Below are positions 59,060-64,000 of a stretch of DNA of 64,000 nt, in pieces. Origin of the DNA: an uncultured Planctomycetia bacterium (GTDB taxonomy: Bacteria > Omnitrophota > Gorgyraeia > Pluralincolimonadales > Pluralincolimonadaceae). Below the pieces are notes generated by a model. That model was not told the origin of the DNA, searched no databases, and was given only the letters and a program-made list of their open reading frames with translations. The stretch spans positions 65,726 to 129,725 of the forward strand of contig CAZYUB010000001.1 of NCBI GenBank assembly GCA_964650515.1, given 5' to 3'. A program made the position numbers and the translations under genes. Numbering within the stretch: the first letter of the stretch is position 1; every line of letters starts with the position of its first letter.

Positions 59060-60370
59060 ATGGCAAGCGGCGAGAAATTCGATTGCATAGTGGTAGGGGC
59101 GGGCCCCGCCGGGACGACGTGCGCGTACGCGCTCGCGAAAGCCGGCCTCAGCGTGGTCCTGCTCGAGCGCGGGGAGAAGCCCGGCTCGAAGAACGTGATG
59201 GGAGGCATACTCTACTCGACCATACTGAACAAAGTGATCCCGGAATTCTGGAAAGAGGCGCCGGTCGAGCGCAGGATAGTTCAGAAAAAATTCGCGGTGC
59301 TTTCGGACGATTCCGAGGTCGGCCTCGGGCTGAGGTTCGAGGGATTCAACAAGCCGCCGTATAACAACACGTTCTCCGTATTGCGCGGGAAATTCGACGC
59401 GTGGTACGCGGCCAAGGCCGAAGAGGCCGGGGTGATGATACTCAACGAGGCCGTCGTCGATAAGGTCATCGTCGAGGGCAAGAAGGCCGTCGGGGTCAAG
59501 ACGCGGCTCGAGGACGGAGACCTTTTCGCGGACACGGTCGTCGTTGCGGAAGGCGTGACGTCGCTGCTGGCGCAAGGGCTGGGCCTGCGCGAGAAACACG
59601 TGCCCGAGCATATGGTGACATGCTGCAAAGAGGTAATCGGCCTGCCGAAAGAAACCATCGAAGAGAGGTTCGGCATTGAGGGCGATGAGGGCGCGTCGCT
59701 CGAGTATTTCGGAGGGTCGGTCAAGGGGCTCGTGGGCTCGGCGTTCTTATACACGAACAAGGAATCGGTATCGCTCGGCATTGGCGTCTCGACAAACGAC
59801 CTGAAGAACAATAAACTGACCCCGAACGACCTGATTGAGAATTTCAAGGAGCACCCGTCGATAAAACATTACATAAAAGGCGGGAAGCTGCTCGAATATT
59901 CCGCGCATATGATCCCTGAGTTCGGTTACGACCATCTTCCGAAACTCACGATGGACGGGCTAATTATCGCGGGCGACGCCGCCGGCTTCGTGAACATGAA
60001 CCCGCTCTACCACGAGGGCTCGAACCTCGCGATGGCGTCCGGGCTCGCCGCGGCCGAAACGATAATAGAAGCGAAGAAGAACAACGATCTCTCGGAGAAG
60101 GGCCTCGCCGGGTACCGCAGGAGGCTAGAGGGCTCATTCGTGTTGATGGACCTCAAGAGGTATAAGGGCATATCGAATTTCGCGCTGAAGCATCCCGAAT
60201 TTTTCAAGGAATACCCGGAATTGCTGGTAGATCTGGCGGAGGAGTTCTTCACCGTGTCCGAGACGCCTAAGGGCAAGTCGAGGATGGCCGTGATCAAGAA
60301 AGGCCTGAAGAGCGTGAACCTGCTGAAACTCGCCGTCGGGATGAATCGCGCGCGCAAAGTGATGTTCTAA
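59060..60370 (+). CDS. FixC-like FAD-dependent dehydrogenase (ETF-QO family)
   Basis: KFDCIVVGAGPAGTTCAYALAKAGLSVVLLERGEKPGSKNVMGG aligns with E. coli FixC KFDAIVVGAGLAGSVAALVLAREGAQVLVIERGNSAGAKNVTGG. SVLRGKFDAW also aligns. Confidence 0.75.
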   Translation: MASGEKFDCIVVGAGPAGTTCAYALAKAGLSVVLLERGEKPGSKNVMGGILYSTILNKVIPEFWKEAPVERRIVQKKFAVLSDDSEVGLGLRFEGFNKPPYNNTFSVLRGKFDAWYAAKAEEAGVMILNEAVVDKVIVEGKKAVGVKTRLEDGDLFADTVVVAEGVTSLLAQGLGLREKHVPEHMVTCCKEVIGLPKETIEERFGIEGDEGASLEYFGGSVKGLVGSAFLYTNKESVSLGIGVSTNDLKNNKLTPNDLIENFKEHPSIKHYIKGGKLLEYSAHMIPEFGYDHLPKLTMDGLIIAGDAAGFVNMNPLYHEGSNLAMASGLAAAETIIEAKKNNDLSEKGLAGYRRRLEGSFVLMDLKRYKGISNFALKHPEFFKEYPELLVDLAEEFFTVSETPKGKSRMAVIKKGLKSVNLLKLAVGMNRARKVMF

Positions 60371-60380
60371 AGAGAAACTT

Positions 60381-62183
60381 ATGCGTGAAGACACGATTCC
60401 TTTGATGTTTTTCGCGAGGGCGAACAAGTACGGCAACAGGTGCGCCCTGAGGCACAAGGCCGGCGGAAGGTACCACGACATAAGCTGGTCGGAGTTCGAG
60501 GGCAAGGTCAAGGACCTGGCTTTCGGGCTGATCACCCTCGGCCTGAAGCCGGGCGAGAAGGTCGCGCTGCTTTCGGAGAACCGTCCCGAGTGGGCGTATT
60601 CAGACCTGGCCGTCCTTTCGCTCGGATGCGCCGACGTGCCGCTTTACCCGACCGACGTCCCCCACCAGATGGAATATATAATAAGGGATTCCGACTCGGT
60701 AATCGCGATCGTCTCGACCGCCGGGCAGCTCGACAAGATACTTTCCGTAAGCGCGCGCCTGCCGTCGCTCAGGAAAATAATAGTCATGGACCCCGACGGC
60801 AGGGCAAAGAGGCCCGAGGTCATATCCTTCGCGGACCTGCTCGATGCGGGCTCCGCAGCCGCCGCGGACGCGAGGATGGATTTCGAGTCACGTCTCCGGT
60901 CACTGAAGAAGGAAGGCCTCGCCTCGATAGTATACACGTCGGGGACTACCGGCCAGGCGAAAGGCGTCTGCCTAACGCACGATAACTTCCTTTCCAACTG
61001 CCGTTCTTCATTGGATGTCCTGCCGTTCAACGAGAACGATGTATGCCTTTCTTTCCTGCCGCTTTCGCATGTCTTCGAAAGGATGGCGAGTTATTATTTC
61101 ACGCTGACGATCGGCGGCACGATCGCCTACGCGGAGAATATGGAATCGGTCGGCAGGAACCTGAAGGAAGTCCGGCCCACTTACGCCTGCGCGGCCCCGA
61201 GGTTCTACGAGAAACTCCACGCGGGAATAATGGAGAAGGCCTCGCAGAGCCCGCCGTCGAAGCAGAAAGCGCTCGAATGCGCCCTGAATACCGCCAAAGA
61301 ATACGCGCGGGCGAAACTGAACAACCTCGAGGCCGGACCGGCGCTCTGGCTTAAATACCATTGCGCGAAGATATTTATATTCCGCAGGATAAACGAGGCA
61401 GTCGGAGGGCGCATAAGGTTCTTCATATCCGGGAGCGCGCCGCTGTCTAAGGAACTGGCGGAGTTCTTCTATTCGGTCGGGATCTTCATATTCGAGGGGT
61501 ACGGGCTCACGGAGACGTCCCCGGTAGTGACCGTCAATACGTTCCGCGCGTTGAGGTACGGATCCGTAGGAAGGCCGATAAAGGACGTCGAGGTGAAGAC
61601 CGCTTCCGACGGGGAGATACTCATAAAAGGCCCGTCGGTCATGAATGGTTACTACAAGAACGATAGGGCAACGGCCGAATCGATAGACCCCGAGGGCTGG
61701 CTGCATACCGGCGATATCGGGTATTTCGACGCCGATGGCTTCCTGTATATCACAGACAGGAAGAAGGACATAATAATAACCGCGGGCGGCAAGAATATCG
61801 CGCCGCAGAACGTCGAGAACCTCATAAAGAGCGATTCATACATACAGGAAGTCGTGGTCCATGGCGACCGCAGGCCGTACCTGACGGCGCTGATAGTGCC
61901 GGATTTCAACGCGATGAAAGGCCTCGCGCTGCGGCTCGGGATACCGTACACGTCGGTGCCGGAACTTGTCGGGCATCCGCGCGTCCAGGAGTTCCTGTCG
62001 AAGAGGATAGAGGAAAAACAGGCGGAACTGGCCAATTACGAGAAGATAAAGAAATTCAGGATTCTCGACAGGGGACTGACGATAGAAGAAGGCGAGATCA
62101 CGCCCACGCTGAAAGTAAAGCGCCGGGTCGTCGCGGAGAAATACAAAGAGGTCTTCGACGAGATGTATTCGTCGCGGGGGTGA
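60381..62183 (+). CDS. long-chain acyl-CoA synthetase (AMP-forming)
   Basis: YTSGTTGQAKGV AMP-binding motif. Length is 600 aa. Confidence 0.85.
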   Translation: MREDTIPLMFFARANKYGNRCALRHKAGGRYHDISWSEFEGKVKDLAFGLITLGLKPGEKVALLSENRPEWAYSDLAVLSLGCADVPLYPTDVPHQMEYIIRDSDSVIAIVSTAGQLDKILSVSARLPSLRKIIVMDPDGRAKRPEVISFADLLDAGSAAAADARMDFESRLRSLKKEGLASIVYTSGTTGQAKGVCLTHDNFLSNCRSSLDVLPFNENDVCLSFLPLSHVFERMASYYFTLTIGGTIAYAENMESVGRNLKEVRPTYACAAPRFYEKLHAGIMEKASQSPPSKQKALECALNTAKEYARAKLNNLEAGPALWLKYHCAKIFIFRRINEAVGGRIRFFISGSAPLSKELAEFFYSVGIFIFEGYGLTETSPVVTVNTFRALRYGSVGRPIKDVEVKTASDGEILIKGPSVMNGYYKNDRATAESIDPEGWLHTGDIGYFDADGFLYITDRKKDIIITAGGKNIAPQNVENLIKSDSYIQEVVVHGDRRPYLTALIVPDFNAMKGLALRLGIPYTSVPELVGHPRVQEFLSKRIEEKQAELANYEKIKKFRILDRGLTIEEGEITPTLKVKRRVVAEKYKEVFDEMYSSRG

Positions 62184-62187
62184 GAGC

Positions 62188-63033
62188 TTGAAATTCGAAG
62201 GGTCCTTCAAGAACAAGGACGCGCAGAATATAATATACAGGGCGTTCATCCCCGATAACCCGAAGGCCGTCGTCGTCCTCGCGCACGGGCTCGGTGAGCA
62301 CTCGCTGAAATACGGGTATTTCGGAGACGCGCTTTATTCCGCGGGCATCGCGGCGTTCCTGTACGACCAGCGCGGGCACGGCAGGTCGCAGGGAAGGCGC
62401 GTCTATGTGAAGGATTTCGACGATTACGTGAGCGACCTCCGGCAGATGGCCGTGATCGCGAAGGTCGAGACGCTCTGCGACAGGGTTTTTATCGTCGGGC
62501 TCAGCATGGGCGGGCTGCTCGCGCTTGAATACGCGATAAGATACTCCGATGCCAGGAACGGAATAAGGGGCATCGTCGTTAGCGCGCCGGCGCTTAAACT
62601 GAAGTCGCCGCCGAGCGGCATAGAGAAAGGCATAGTCGGGCTCATCGCGTTCCTGATGCCGCGGCTTACTACGCCGAACAGGATACCGTTCGAGTGGCTG
62701 ACGCACGACAGGGAGCTCATAAAGGACACGAAGGCAGACAAGCTTTCGCAGCGCGTGATATCGTTCGGGTTATACGCCGAGATGACCAAGGCGATGCGTT
62801 TTGTCTCCGAGAATATCGGGAAAATGGATGTCCCTGCGTTATTCCTGCAGGGAACGGACGACAAGGTCGTGGATATGGCAGGCGTCAGGGAGATATTCGA
62901 CAGGATACCTGCCAAGGACAAGGAGCTCGCCCTTTATGAAGGGATGTACCATGAATTACTCAGGGAGACGCGGCGGGAAGAGATAATCGGGAAGATCACG
63001 GATTGGGTCTTAAAAAGAGCGGGGGAGAGATGA
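62188..63033 (+). CDS. alpha/beta-hydrolase, lysophospholipase/monoacylglycerol-lipase-like
   Basis: HGLGEHS. GLSMGG, GxSxG. Length is 281 aa. Confidence 0.75.
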   Translation: MKFEGSFKNKDAQNIIYRAFIPDNPKAVVVLAHGLGEHSLKYGYFGDALYSAGIAAFLYDQRGHGRSQGRRVYVKDFDDYVSDLRQMAVIAKVETLCDRVFIVGLSMGGLLALEYAIRYSDARNGIRGIVVSAPALKLKSPPSGIEKGIVGLIAFLMPRLTTPNRIPFEWLTHDRELIKDTKADKLSQRVISFGLYAEMTKAMRFVSENIGKMDVPALFLQGTDDKVVDMAGVREIFDRIPAKDKELALYEGMYHELLRETRREEIIGKITDWVLKRAGER

Positions 63034-63560
63034 AGGGGATAATAATAAGGTTAAAGATAATACTGGCCCTGGCGGCGTTGATGGCCGCCGTGGTCGTGTT
63101 GTATAAGCCGGTCCAGATAACGCTTTTCCACCTGATGGAGCCGAAGTTCGTGCTGCCGGTCGCTACGTCCGAAGCGAAGATACGCAGTGATGATTACGGC
63201 GACGGCACATTCGGCGCTAAACGCAGGGGCGGCCGCCTGCATCTCGGCATCGACCTAGCCGCGCCCGTAGGCACGCCGGTAAAGGCGGGAAAATCGGGCT
63301 TCGCCGTCTCAAAGAGCAGTAAGGGTATGGGCAAGTATGTAGCGATACAGCACGTGGACGGCACGAGGACGGTATACGGGCATCTTTCCAAGACGTTCGT
63401 CGACTCTCGCGGCGAAAAGGTCAAAAAAGGTGATATAATAGGCGAAGTAGGCAAGACCGGAAACGCGTGGAACCCGTGCATGGTCGCGCACCTGCATTTC
63501 GAGCTGTGGGTGGACGGCGAACCGGTCGATCCTCTTGCGGGGTATATGCAGCTGAAATGA
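63003..63560 (+). CDS. M23 family metallopeptidase. Start is uncertain, either TTG 63003 or ATG 63030
   Basis: N-terminal TM helix. HLGIDLAAP, HxxxD. AHLHFEL, HxH. Confidence 0.8.
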   Translation: MGLKKSGGEMKGIIIRLKIILALAALMAAVVVLYKPVQITLFHLMEPKFVLPVATSEAKIRSDDYGDGTFGAKRRGGRLHLGIDLAAPVGTPVKAGKSGFAVSKSSKGMGKYVAIQHVDGTRTVYGHLSKTFVDSRGEKVKKGDIIGEVGKTGNAWNPCMVAHLHFELWVDGEPVDPLAGYMQLK

Positions 63561-64000
63561 GATATGCGGTAAAGTATATAACGTTATTGCTTGTCCTGCC
63601 GGTATTTTTTTCGGGATGCGCGACGGTTGTGAACCCGGCTACCGGGAAGAAGGAATTCGTGATGATAGGCACGAAGGAAGAAGTGTCTATCGGCAACCAG
63701 GTAGCGACCGAGATAGAGACGAATTTCAGGCTTTCTAAGGACGAGGCGCTCATCGAAAGGGCCAACAGGATAGGCATGAGGATCGTGAAGGTGAGTGACA
63801 GGCAGGATATAAGGTATTATTTCAGGGTGCTGGAAAATAAGGACGCGAACGCACTCTCGACGCCCGGCGGTTACGTGTACGTGAACAGCGGCCTCATGCA
63901 GCGCGCGGACGACAATGAGCTCGCCGCGGTAATTGCCCATGAAGTCGGGCATATAGCCGCGCGGCACTCGGTAATGGCTATGCAGTCGAACATGGCGACA
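63557..64000 (+). CDS. M48 family metalloprotease lipoprotein (BepA/YfgC-like), 3'-truncated by the window edge
   Basis: ATGA overlap with the M23 gene stop. Lipobox FFSGC. HEVGH zinc motif. Reading frame is open to the end of the window. Confidence 0.7.
   Translation, partial: MRYAVKYITLLLVLPVFFSGCATVVNPATGKKEFVMIGTKEEVSIGNQVATEIETNFRLSKDEALIERANRIGMRIVKVSDRQDIRYYFRVLENKDANALSTPGGYVYVNSGLMQRADDNELAAVIAHEVGHIAARHSVMAMQSNMAT

Overview
This 64 kb window comes from a moderately GC-rich, tightly packed chromosome of a diderm bacterium. Evidence for the diderm call: lpxA, a BamD-like lipoprotein fragment, PEP-CTERM proteins and Sec signal peptides. I found no mobile elements, CRISPR arrays or long repeats. 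The plus strand opens with gyrA and a tRNA-Glu(UUC). Two paralogous secreted beta-sandwich proteins follow, then nagA-glmS-rsmI-lpxA, and then a PilZ-TM-coiled-coil-glycosidase fusion. Next is a complete Bacillus-type pyrimidine operon. It is pyrR-pyrB-pyrC-(mini-lipoprotein)-carA-carB-pyrK-pyrD-pyrF-pyrE, preceded by a PyrR-binding leader. A roughly 18 kb co-directional minus-strand block follows. It holds an 11-subunit complex I without nuoEFG (nuoABCDHIJKLMN), a secreted retropepsin-like aspartic protease, atpZBEFHAGDC with a truncated epsilon subunit, and a CPA2 antiporter. The right half of the window carries the following plus-strand genes. First come cspA with a textbook promoter and terminator, a Nudix hydrolase, two PEP-CTERM proteins (one with a trypsin-like H-D-S domain), a P-type Ca-ATPase and a marR-DUF2339-hydrolase-LbH-acyltransferase-acyl-CoA-ligase operon. 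On the minus strand lies mazG. Further plus-strand genes are a TPR/HExxH protein, era and a GT-C/TPR glycosyltransferase. After these comes a GEMM-type c-di-GMP-I riboswitch with a terminator and an SD-sequestering hairpin, placed ahead of a cNMP-binding-ParA-like-patatin phospholipase. The window ends with a FixC-like flavoprotein, a second acyl-CoA synthetase, a lysophospholipase, and M23 and M48 peptidases. The most notable features are two apparent c-di-GMP input points, the PilZ-glycosidase fusion and the riboswitch-controlled lipid-remodelling locus, plus the fused nuo-protease-atp-antiporter energy block. Every call rests on motif-level reading of the ORF translations. I ran no database searches.
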